A DNA stretch of 64,000 bases from the IMG/VR virus record IMGVR_UViG_3300030330_004093, positions 39,014 to 103,013 of that record; one strand, 5' to 3'. Below the pieces are notes generated by a model. That model was not told the DNA's origin. It searched no databases and saw only the letters and a program-made list of their open reading frames with translations. Below, in pieces: positions 10,573-20,096 of this stretch. Every line of letters begins with the position of its first letter. The stretch's first letter is position 1. The stretch is from a virus (lineage: Duplodnaviria > Caudoviricetes). The position numbers were made by a program, and so were the translations under genes.

Positions 10573-12257
10573 ATTGTTTACACTTTAAATAATTTTTCTT
10601 ATATTAGAGTATAATTAAATAACAGAATTATATGATGAAAATTTTATCTAAAGAAATTAAAGAAGATGGTTCACAATCAATAGTTTACCTACTTGACGAA
10701 AATGACAAACCACTTAAAGCTAGTATTGTCGATTCTAACGAAAAATCAAAACTAATTAACGAATTATTAGCAACATACTTCACACCTGAAGATTGGGTTA
10801 ATAACAAAGAAGATTTGTTAAATAATGTTGTCGAAATGACATATAACGAATATATAAACCAATAAATATGGAAAAGGGATACCCTATGATTCTAGTATTT
10901 TATATAGATAGGGAAACAATAACTAACGGAGAGGTAATTAAAATTTTTAGTGACCAAGTTAACAAAGTATTAGCTGAAAAAGAAGCTAATGCAATAGCAT
11001 TCTTTTTACCTACATCAAATGGTGAAAGTGAAAGGATTGAATGTGTAAACCCAATTCAAGTTGAACCAGCTAAAATGGGTGAAATTAATAAAATCATTCA
11101 AGACATTCAAAATAATTTCGACATAGGTAATGGTGCTGATGATGATATTGACAATCCAGAAAATAGTATAGAGTTATAATAGTAAATAAATAATATATGA
11201 ATTTTTATAGAAAAAAACCAGAAGTAATTTCAGCAGTTCAATACAATGAAGAAAACAAAGACGAAGTATTGAAATTTATCAAACCATCTAATGTTGCCTT
11301 AAAGTTCAGAAAACTACAATCTGGCGATGGCATTACTGACCTACATATTCAACCAGGTGAATTTATAGTTAAATATACTACTGGTAGTTATGAAATACTT
11401 GATAAAGAAGAGTTTAATAAAAGATTTGAAAAAATATAATTATGATTTTAAATATATTGTATGCGATTTTAGCTTGTTTATGTTTTAAACTTAGCTATGT
11501 TAAAACCCAAAGTGGGTATGAGGTTAAAACAGGATTTGTTATATCAACAATCCTTTGGATTGCATGTATTGGTTTACGCTCATATAGTTTATAAAGATGA
11601 GCTTACAAGAAAAAAACCTTAAATTATATAATGCATGGCTAGAATCAAAAGACTCACCAACTGATGAGTTTATAAATGAAGCTTGGGACCTAGCTAATAC
11701 TTGTAAATCTTTACATAATACTTACACTACATTTGGTTCAAATGATGAATATAAAATATTAAAATATGTTGTTGACACTATTATAAAGTTAAGAAATGAG
11801 TATCCTGATAAAGATAAAAATGGCAATGCTATATGGGGATATTTCTGTAAAATAGCTCAATCAGCGTTTGCTAAAAAAATTAAAGAAAATGGATAAAGTA
11901 ACAAAAAAATGGCACTCTTTAGGATTTCTTGAGGGAATGGAAAATAATGAAATGGTAGTTACAGCAAAACTAATGGAAGAGGCTTCAAAAATACTAATCA
12001 GTAATATAGACGAATCTTCAAATGAAAAAACTTTAGATTATCATGAAAATGTATTTACCTGTATTTTCCCATTCATATACCGTTTAGTTAAGAATAATCC
12101 AGCCATGTGTTCTAAATCAATAAATATAAATATTGATGTGAATCAAATAATAGGTTTTTTAGATAAAAATTTAAAAAGTCATTACGATTTATTTAAACCA
12201 AAAGGTGATGATAAAGAACTTGAATTTTTAACTAACCTAATTAGTAATTATATCTAA

Positions 12258-12923
12258 TTAAGGTCTTGTTGAAGTTCTGCGTATTTTTGTATAAGGCCAA
12301 CCTGTATGTTCGTGTATTATTTCATACATATATGAGACCGTTGCTTCTGATGCTGTACCCATAAATATAATACTTTTTATCTTATTCTTTTTACAGGCTT
12401 TATGTATCGTGTGATGTAGTCTTTGAGCGTCTTCTTTACACTTACAAATAATCATTTCGAATTGTTCTTCATTATAGAGAACCAGTTTGTTATGAACTAC
12501 AATTAGTTGCTTGGTCATATTTTTCTTATAGGCACCAACCATCATTACTTTAAGTATGTCATTTATCTTAACCCTATTTTTAACTGGGTCTTTACCAAAC
12601 ATCCAAAATGTTTCCTCAAACTCATATGGGTGGTCATCAATTATTGTCCAATCACCCAGTGGTTTTTCAGTGTAAGTTCTACCCATCTTATCTCTAAGAA
12701 CCCTAAACTCGTCACCCTCTTCGGTTTCCTTAACAATACAAACCTTATATGTTATTGGTTTTATCCCACCGTAATTAACATATTTCCTTGGGAATATTAT
12801 TCCAACGTTTTCATCGATAATTCTTCTATAGTTTATAAATGACGTTTTTCTAGTCTTACAACGATGCATCGTCATACTATAGTTACCATTTTTTAATAGA
12901 ATTACTCTGTACATATTCAACAA
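12258..12923 (-). CDS. hypothetical protein
   Basis: 221-aa ORF, genome-typical composition. Confidence 0.65.
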   Translation of the reverse strand: MLNMYRVILLKNGNYSMTMHRCKTRKTSFINYRRIIDENVGIIFPRKYVNYGGIKPITYKVCIVKETEEGDEFRVLRDKMGRTYTEKPLGDWTIIDDHPYEFEETFWMFGKDPVKNRVKINDILKVMMVGAYKKNMTKQLIVVHNKLVLYNEEQFEMIICKCKEDAQRLHHTIHKACKKNKIKSIIFMGTASEATVSYMYEIIHEHTGWPYTKIRRTSTRP

Positions 12924-12954
12924 ATATACCTATATTTATGTAAATGTAAATATT

Positions 12955-13998
12955 ATGCCAAAAGATTACTACGAAATATTAGAAGTAGATAAAAATGCTT
13001 CAGATTCAGAAATCAAAAAATCATATAGAAAGTTGTCCAAAAAACATCATCCAGATGTCGGTGGTAACGAAGATAAGTTCAAGGAAATAGCTGAAGCTTA
13101 CGAAATTTTATCAGATTCTGAGAAAAAATCTAACTACGACAGATATGGCCATGCTGGTAATAAAATGCATATGGGTGGTAATCCATTTGGGGGTAATCCA
13201 TTTGAGGGAGGTTTTAATATGAATGATTTCATGAATAATTTTCATGGAGGTGTTCGAAGACAAAAGAGAGGCAACGATATTTCATTTAATATAAAAATAA
13301 CTCTAGAGGAAGTATTTAATGGGGTAACTAAAAAATTTAAATACAAAAGAACTTCAGCATGTAAAGATTGTAATGGTGAAGGGGGTACAGAAAAAGAAGT
13401 TTGTAGCTCTTGTAATGGTAGAGGGTTTAACGTGGTGCTACAAACAACACCTATGGGCAGTTTTCAAGCACAACAAACTTGCCAAAGATGTCAAGGGGAA
13501 GGTAGAGTTGTTAAAAACATTTGTAAAACATGCAACGGTAATGGTGTTAGTTACAAAGAAGAAACCGTTAGCGTTGAATTACCAAAAGGTATTAGCGAGA
13601 ACGAAACCCTACAATACACAGGGATGGGTAACGCTGTAAAGGGTGGGTTACCAGGTTCTCTATTCATAAAGGTGTCTATAACAAACCATCATGACTTTGA
13701 AAGAAGTGGTAATGATTTAAAATATAATTTAAAATTAAATTACTCACAACTAGTGTTAGGTGATAAAGTAAAGGTACCTACCATTGATGGTAGTGATATA
13801 ATGATTGATATACCTAAATATAGTGATGTTGGTGATAACTTAAGGGTAGCTAAAAAGGGGTTATATAAAATGAATAGTGACGAGAGGGGTAATATGATAA
13901 TAATTTTAGATATAGATATACCTAAGAATATTGATGGTGAAGAGTTAGAATTAATTGAAAAATTAAAAAAATTAAAGAAGGGTGTTGGCGATAATTAA
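12955..13998 (+). CDS. dnaJ: DnaJ chaperone
   Basis: J-domain with HPD, G/F region, four CxxCxGxG repeats, C-terminal domain. Confidence 0.95.
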   Translation: MPKDYYEILEVDKNASDSEIKKSYRKLSKKHHPDVGGNEDKFKEIAEAYEILSDSEKKSNYDRYGHAGNKMHMGGNPFGGNPFEGGFNMNDFMNNFHGGVRRQKRGNDISFNIKITLEEVFNGVTKKFKYKRTSACKDCNGEGGTEKEVCSSCNGRGFNVVLQTTPMGSFQAQQTCQRCQGEGRVVKNICKTCNGNGVSYKEETVSVELPKGISENETLQYTGMGNAVKGGLPGSLFIKVSITNHHDFERSGNDLKYNLKLNYSQLVLGDKVKVPTIDGSDIMIDIPKYSDVGDNLRVAKKGLYKMNSDERGNMIIILDIDIPKNIDGEELELIEKLKKLKKGVGDN

Positions 13999-14055
13999 AT
14001 TTAGTTGTATATTTGTCAAGAATTAAATAATTAATAACAATTAAAATTTTAAATT

Positions 14056-14487
14056 ATGTCAGAGTACTACGAACCAAACGAGGACACATTATCTGTATTT
14101 AACGCAACAATTTCAAAAAGTTCATTACCATCAACTCTAAAGATTGCTATTAGAAGTAACAATAGAGAGAAAGACTTATATAGAATTGACAAGACAAGTC
14201 AGTTAATGAGGTCTGAAACTAAAAAAGAAATTTACATAGTGGTTAATGAATTAATATTTGAACAACTAGAAGAACAACACCAGTCAATTGTTGCAGAAGA
14301 AGCTATAGCTTCAATTGTATACGATTTAGAAAAGGACAAGATAACACTCAAGCGTGGTGATGTCGGTATCACTAAAAGAGGTGCTTTCACTGGTATTTTA
14401 AAGAAATATGGTGCAGAAACTTATGAAGTGGTTCAAGAAAGCGTTAAAACGCTTTATAATGCTAAAAAAGAAGAAGCTGAAGTATGA
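14056..14487 (+). CDS. hypothetical protein, possibly degenerate phage metallopeptidase fold
   Basis: IVVNELIFEQLEEQHQSIVAEEAIA resembles the family, but HExxH is absent. Confidence 0.4.
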   Translation: MSEYYEPNEDTLSVFNATISKSSLPSTLKIAIRSNNREKDLYRIDKTSQLMRSETKKEIYIVVNELIFEQLEEQHQSIVAEEAIASIVYDLEKDKITLKRGDVGITKRGAFTGILKKYGAETYEVVQESVKTLYNAKKEEAEV

Positions 14488-14965
14488 TGACACCAGAAGA
14501 AGTTGCAGAATACAACGAAGAGGCTTTAATAGCTGATGGATTAGACAAAGCGATAATAGGGGTTGCCGAGAGAATAAATCTTGGTCCCGTTGCCGCATAT
14601 AGTGTCGAAAAGATATACGAAATACTAATGACTCGCGATGGTATGACGTATGAAGAAGCCATTGAGTTTTTTGAATTCAATATAAAGGGGTCATGGATGG
14701 GAGAATACACACCTGTCTACATTTACACAAACGAAGATTAAATATGAAAGAACAACTGTACAAATTATTGAAAAGTAAAGCTGAATCTGAAAAAGAAGAA
14801 GCTTTAACAACATTAAAATTATTAGGTCAATATCCAGCTGGTATTGGCGACCACTCTACTGGTGATTTTTACGAAAACGCTGAAGAAGCATTACAAAAAT
14901 TAGTTGATTCGGATGACAAGTTAGAAGCATTGGAAAAATATAAAAAAACTATTTTTAATTAAAAT

Positions 14966-15703
14966 ATGGAGAACTACATAAATACAAATATGGACTTTTA
15001 TAGTGAATTTAAAAATTACGCAATGAACCATATGGGGATTAGCGGAATGCAGTTTCACTATTGGGATAAACTACAAGCTTCAATTTACGATAATGTAAAT
15101 GTATTAACTGGAACACAACCTAGCAGTTCAATGACACCCTATATCCTTGAAGAAAGGGAATTAAGAGTGACTCAAATGGACATCTTCTCAAGACAGATGA
15201 TGGATAGAATACTTTGGGTAGTTGGACCAGTTAATGACCAGATGTCAACGGTTGTATGTGCTCAGTTAATGTTCTTAGACAACTTAGAGGTGTCTGACAT
15301 TAAGATGTACGTAGATAGTCCAGGAGGTAGCGTTAAAAGTGGTCTTAGTATGGTAGACGTAATGAACTATGTCGAATCTGATATTTTAACGGTTAACACT
15401 GGTATGGCAGCATCGATGGGTTCTATCTTATTAGGTAATGGTACCAAGGGTAAAAGATTTGCTTTACCGAACTCAAGAGTTATGCTTCATCAAGTTAGTA
15501 GTGGTGCTAGAGGTCATGTTGAAGATATGAAGATTAGTATTGCTGAAGCGGAGAAATATAATCAAAACTTATTTGGTATGCTTGCTGAATATACTGGTAA
15601 GGATATCAAGACAGTACTTAAGGATTGTAATAGAGATAATTGGCTTAACGCTAAAGAAGCTTTAGAATATGGTATCATAGATGATATTATAACTAAAAAA
15701 TAA
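14966..15703 (+). CDS. clpP: ATP-dependent Clp protease proteolytic subunit
   Basis: MDIFSR..MDRI, YVDSPGGSV, GMAASMGS, RVMLHQ, RDNWLNAKEALEYGIID. Confidence 0.95.
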   Translation: MENYINTNMDFYSEFKNYAMNHMGISGMQFHYWDKLQASIYDNVNVLTGTQPSSSMTPYILEERELRVTQMDIFSRQMMDRILWVVGPVNDQMSTVVCAQLMFLDNLEVSDIKMYVDSPGGSVKSGLSMVDVMNYVESDILTVNTGMAASMGSILLGNGTKGKRFALPNSRVMLHQVSSGARGHVEDMKISIAEAEKYNQNLFGMLAEYTGKDIKTVLKDCNRDNWLNAKEALEYGIIDDIITKK

Positions 15704-15745
15704 TAATTGGTTGCCCCATATAACAATTTAAATACATAAATAGAT

Positions 15746-16153
15746 ATGGAAACAATTATTTTAATTTCAGTTTTATCAACTCTAGGTGTAGTTGCATTAG
15801 TTACGGCTATTGTGGTTATGTTTACGAAGTTGAACAAAAAGGTTGGGAACGAAATGTTTAACAACGAAATGACAGGTTTAATCAATTTAATTGATGAAAA
15901 CCAAAGGTTAAATAACAAAAGGGGTGAGAAAAATGATAATGACTTATCCCGAAACATCGATGAAATATATCGAGCAATAACTAAAGTTGAATCTAAATTA
16001 GATTCAAGGACTGATAAGCTTCACGACCTTATTAAGTTAACGGAAAAAGAACTTGTAAATCAGTTAGATTACAGGTTAAGTGAAATGGAAAGACTTATTT
16101 TCAAGGTCCAAGAAAAGGTCAATAAGGTTAATGAGGAATTATTAACTAATTAA
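15746..16153 (+). CDS. membrane-anchored coiled-coil protein flanked by inverted repeats
   Basis: N-terminal TM helix; inverted repeats at 15701-15717 and 16162-16178. Confidence 0.7.
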   Translation: METIILISVLSTLGVVALVTAIVVMFTKLNKKVGNEMFNNEMTGLINLIDENQRLNNKRGEKNDNDLSRNIDEIYRAITKVESKLDSRTDKLHDLIKLTEKELVNQLDYRLSEMERLIFKVQEKVNKVNEELLTN

Positions 16154-16278
16154 TAATAAACGGGGCAACTAATTATTAATGGGGACTTAACGGTTCCCAT
16201 TTTTTTTATTAAAAAAGTTGACAACTTAGTAAAGTTTTAGTATATTTGTGAATATATATATAGTAGTTCTTTTTTTAT

Positions 16279-16642
16279 GGGGTATAATGATATTGATTGC
16301 TTAACGTAATGGTTAACAAGCATGCAGTGTTAGATGGAAACACTAGAATAACCTATCAAGACTTTTAAACGACAACGAATTTAACGTTGACAAAAACTTC
16401 CTTGAAACTTCTACAGTAGAAGTATTTGAAGGAGAGGTAGCATTCGCCTAACAGAAGATGCACGTTCCTTCGGGGACACCAGGTTTATCTGATTGTACTT
16501 AACAATCGGTTGAAGGTTGTAAGTTACCGCTCTGCTAATTTGGGAACTTAATATTTTTGTTCTTTTAGAAAAAACGAACTAAGCATGTAGAAAGTTTATT
16601 GTTAGTAAGTAAGAAGTGGGGTCATGCCCACATACTCCACCA
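16279..16642 (+). ncRNA. ssrA: tmRNA
   Basis: 5' GGGGUAU pairs with 3' AUACUCC (G3-U wobble), discriminator A plus encoded CCA; AAGCAUG boxes near both ends; tag ORF 16371-16451; own promoter and terminator. Confidence 0.92.
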
Positions 16643-16656
16643 TACTTTTTTGCCTT

Positions 16657-16690
16657 AAAACCCATCTCTTAAAAAAAGATGGGTTTTTTT
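16657..16690 (+). terminator. rho-independent terminator after tmRNA
   Basis: aaaacccatct...agatgggtttt T-run. Confidence 0.85.
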
Positions 16691-16756
16691 ATTAAAAGTG
16701 TTTACATTTAAATTAATAAGTGTATATTTGTATCATTATAAATTAAAAATTAGATT

Positions 16757-17203
16757 ATGGGAGTAATTACAGAGAACAGCAAAGTAACGGTACATTATAT
16801 TGGAAAATTATCTGATGGTCAAGTATTTGACGCATCAATGCCTGTAGAGGGTGACGAAAACTTCACAGGTAGGGAACCAATTGATGTTGAATTGGGTAAA
16901 AAAATGGTTATACCTGGATTTGAGAAAGCATTACAAGGTATGCAAGAAGGGGAAACTAAAACCGTTACAATACCTTCATCAGAGGCATACGGTGAAGTAA
17001 GTTCACAACATTTACATGAGATTGAAAAAGATAGGGTACCAGATACAGTTAAGGAAGGTGATGTTTTACAAACAGAAAATGCTGGTCAAGTTGCCAAGGT
17101 TATTGTTAAAGAAGTTAAAGAAAATACTGTTATTTTAGATGCAAATCATCCTTTAGCGGGTAAAGATTTGACTTTTGAATTAAAAGTTGTTAGTGTGTCT
17201 TAA
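16757..17203 (+). CDS. FKBP-type peptidyl-prolyl isomerase (SlyD/FkpB-like)
   Basis: VTVHYIGKLSDGQVFDAS, VIPGFEKAL, EAYGE, LDANHPLAGKDLTF. Confidence 0.92.
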   Translation: MGVITENSKVTVHYIGKLSDGQVFDASMPVEGDENFTGREPIDVELGKKMVIPGFEKALQGMQEGETKTVTIPSSEAYGEVSSQHLHEIEKDRVPDTVKEGDVLQTENAGQVAKVIVKEVKENTVILDANHPLAGKDLTFELKVVSVS

Positions 17204-17291
17204 GTAATGATTATTATTCATTAATTATTTGTTTTTTTACTAAACCCTCTTTATGAGGGTTTTTTTTGTATTTATATATAAACGGATAATT

Positions 17292-17519
17292 ATGAAAGAA
17301 TTTTTAAAGGGTATCTTTATAGAAGATAGTAAAGATGGTAAAGCGTCATCTAAAAAGGTTATGGGTATATTAGCTGGAATACTAGCATTTGCAGCTTTTG
17401 TGGTTGATGGGTTTCACTTTTATGAAATCGATTCAGGAATGTTTGATTCAATGCTTATTTTTTCTGGAACAATGCTCGGAGCATCAATAGTCAAGGGATT
17501 TGCAGGTGGAAATAAATAA
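17292..17519 (+). CDS. small two-TM membrane protein, holin-like
   Basis: DGKASSKKVMG followed by two TM helices; TATTTAT upstream. Confidence 0.5.
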   Translation: MKEFLKGIFIEDSKDGKASSKKVMGILAGILAFAAFVVDGFHFYEIDSGMFDSMLIFSGTMLGASIVKGFAGGNK

Positions 17520-17567
17520 TCCAATTAAAACTTTAAATAAAACGGGTTGGTTTACTCTAACCCGTTA

Positions 17568-17660
17568 TTATTTACTAGTAGTGCTATTGTTACCATTATC
17601 GCTATTAGTACTGTTATTAGCGTTAGTAGGTTTTGGTTTTTGTTTACATCCACATCCCAT
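17568..17660 (-). CDS. 30-aa MGCGCK peptide, absent from the ORF track
   Basis: MGCGCKQKPKPTNANNSTNSDNGNNSTTSK; TATTTAT upstream on the minus strand; convergent hairpin at 17541-17566. Confidence 0.6.
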   Translation of the reverse strand: MGCGCKQKPKPTNANNSTNSDNGNNSTTSK

Positions 17661-17788
17661 AGTATTAAGTTTTAAATATTCTTATTGTTTTATTTATAAA
17701 TATGTTTCTAAAATAAAATAATGTATATTATTTGGTTTTTAATAAAAAAACATATATATTTGACTATACTTATATAATAAAGGATAGT

Positions 17789-17983
17789 ATGATAAAAGTA
17801 AATGTTAAAAACGGCAATATTGAAAGTGCTTTAAAATTTTTAAAGAGAAAAGTTAGAAACACAAAACAAACTAACGAATTAAGGGAAAGAAAAACCTACA
17901 CAAAACCCTCAGAAGAAAGAAGGGAATCAAAAAAGAAATCAATTTATATCGAACAGAAAAGAATAAAGGATGAAGATATTTAA
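17789..17983 (+). CDS. rpsU: ribosomal protein bS21
   Basis: MIKVNVKNGNIESALKFLKRKV...LRERKTYTKPSEERR. Confidence 0.9.
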   Translation: MIKVNVKNGNIESALKFLKRKVRNTKQTNELRERKTYTKPSEERRESKKKSIYIEQKRIKDEDI

Positions 17984-18261
17984 AAAAAATAAAAAATCAG
18001 TTACTCTATTGGATGAAAAATGGAATGTAATTGATGATAATGTCGATTTCAATAATCTACCCAGAATACATGAATTAATCTTTTTACCAAAAGAAAATAA
18101 ATATTATAGAGTAGTTAACATAATTTATAACATGGTAAAACCCATTGAAACATACGTAGTTATAGAAATTTATGGGGATGATTATAAATTAATTGAAAAA
18201 AATAATGACAAGGGGGTTGACACGTAACAAAATTATATGTATATTTGTATTATAGTATTAA

Positions 18262-18381
18262 AGAAAGGATACAGCAGTCCAAAAACTAAAATCGGAAAAC
18301 AACTCCTTTCTGTTACTTCTTATAAAGAAAAGATACAGCAAATTACACACACACAAAGCAAAATGTAAAAATTCTTTTCTG
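18262..18381 (+). ncRNA. two tandem small structured RNAs sharing a UACAGCA motif
   Basis: AGAAAGGA-UACAGCA...UCCUUUCU and AGAAAAGA-UACAGCA...UCUUUUCU, lying between promoter 18217-18247 and terminator 18408-18435. Confidence 0.7.
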
Positions 18382-18451
18382 AAACTAGTTTTTAACGTAG
18401 TATAATTAATCCCCAGTGATAAGCTGGGGATTTTTATTTAAAAAATTAAAT

Positions 18452-18973
18452 ATGAATAAAGAAAAAAAGTTTCCATCACTATTAATAATAGGTAATAAAA
18501 GACACGGAAAGGATAGCCTAGCTGAAATACTAGGTGATAAGTTTGGTCTTAAATTCAAATCATCATCACAAGCTTGTGCGGATATTTTCATTTACGATGA
18601 ATTAAAAACAAAGTATGGGTATAAGACACCAGAAGAATGTTTTGAAGATAGAGTTAACCATAGAAGGGAGTGGTACGAAATGATTAGAGATTACAACAAA
18701 GACGATAGAAGTAAATTAGCTAAGGAAGTTTTGAAAACCACCGATTGTTATGTTGGTATGAGGGATAGAGAAGAAATAGAAGAATGTTTAAAAAATAAAC
18801 TATTTGATTTAGTGATATGGGTTGATGCTTCAGATAGATTACCACTTGAAGATAAGGAATCTTTTAATATAGATAAGTCATGTGCTCATATTATTATAGA
18901 TAATAATGGCACATATGATGAATTTGTCAATAAGAGTATATTATTAGGTAAATTACTAACTGGGACTATCTAA
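18452..18973 (+). CDS. deoxynucleoside monophosphate kinase-like P-loop protein
   Basis: IIGNKRHGKD P-loop, GMRDREE, IIIDNNGT. Confidence 0.7.
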   Translation: MNKEKKFPSLLIIGNKRHGKDSLAEILGDKFGLKFKSSSQACADIFIYDELKTKYGYKTPEECFEDRVNHRREWYEMIRDYNKDDRSKLAKEVLKTTDCYVGMRDREEIEECLKNKLFDLVIWVDASDRLPLEDKESFNIDKSCAHIIIDNNGTYDEFVNKSILLGKLLTGTI

Positions 18974-19075
18974 TATTAAACTATATAACTTAATTATTAA
19001 AATAACCCTGTAATTGATTACGGGGTTTGTTTTTTATTTAAATTTTATTATATTTATATACAAAGGTAATTCACT

Positions 19076-19546
19076 ATGAAAATGTTAGATGTAATAAAGA
19101 AAGAATTGGAAGGTAAAAAGTTGCCACCAAATGCAAATAAAATATTTGATATAATTAAAAAGTGTGATGAATTATCACTTAATGTTTCAAAATTATACAC
19201 CAAGTTAAGTTTTGAAACAATAGGCGCTATTATACTAGGTGAGACTGATATATCTAAGTACGATTCAATGGTTGAAACTCTAGATGATTACTCTACTCAG
19301 TATGATAGGGAGTTAAGCTCTGAAATGAAATCGGTTGAGGATAATTATGATATATATGAAGATTTTTTTCACGTTATAGATAACAACACAAGTGATATTA
19401 TTGCTTGGAGAAAAATAAGTTCTTTATCTGATTTAACAAGAAAGTTAGTAGACCTAACATCAGAAGACCATGATAAATTCATGGGACAAGCGAATAAAGA
19501 TACCGAAATAAGTAACTTTAAAAGGTTTTCATTAGGAAATGGATAA
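19076..19546 (+). CDS. hypothetical protein
   Basis: first ORF of a TATTTAT-led operon. Confidence 0.6.
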   Translation: MKMLDVIKKELEGKKLPPNANKIFDIIKKCDELSLNVSKLYTKLSFETIGAIILGETDISKYDSMVETLDDYSTQYDRELSSEMKSVEDNYDIYEDFFHVIDNNTSDIIAWRKISSLSDLTRKLVDLTSEDHDKFMGQANKDTEISNFKRFSLGNG

Positions 19547-20096
19547 ATCACAAATCAAAATAGCTTTAAGAGAGGGTTTAGAAGAAACCATAACCAAAGT
19601 ATCAATATTTGACTTTGACGGAACCCTTGTGGATTCACCAATACCAGACGGTAGAGATGCTGAGACAAATAACCCAACATCCAAAGAATACAAAGAAAAT
19701 ACTGGGCAAGACTGGCCATTCAAAGGTTGGTGGGGTAGAGGCGAAAGCTTAGATATGGAAGCGTTTAATATACCACAAATAAGTTCAACAATAGCGGACT
19801 ATAATGAAGAAAGGTCAAAACCAAATACTTTGGTTGTTATGATGACTGGTAGAATTCCTAAGATTTCTGAACATGTTGAAAAAATATTAAATAAATATAA
19901 CCTTAAATTTGATGATTACATTTATAACAACAAGGGGGCTACATTAGATTTTAAAATTAAAGTACTAGAAGATTACCTTACAATATACCCAAATTTAAGG
20001 GAAATTGAAATGTGGGAAGACAGGGTTGCGCACACAAAAGCATTCAGAGAATGGGGTGCGAATAAAAATATTGAAATGATTGTTAATCAAGTATGA
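19539..20096 (+). CDS. HAD phosphatase of the Swiss-Army-Knife RNA-repair type
   Basis: IFDFDGTLVDSP, GWWG, MMTGR, EMWEDRVAH. Confidence 0.8.
   Translation: MDKSQIKIALREGLEETITKVSIFDFDGTLVDSPIPDGRDAETNNPTSKEYKENTGQDWPFKGWWGRGESLDMEAFNIPQISSTIADYNEERSKPNTLVVMMTGRIPKISEHVEKILNKYNLKFDDYIYNNKGATLDFKIKVLEDYLTIYPNLREIEMWEDRVAHTKAFREWGANKNIEMIVNQV

Noticed and set aside
17500-17721. 73-aa hydrophobic + strand ORF
   Set aside because: Looks like the antisense shadow of the minus-strand MGCGCK peptide and crosses a terminator hairpin
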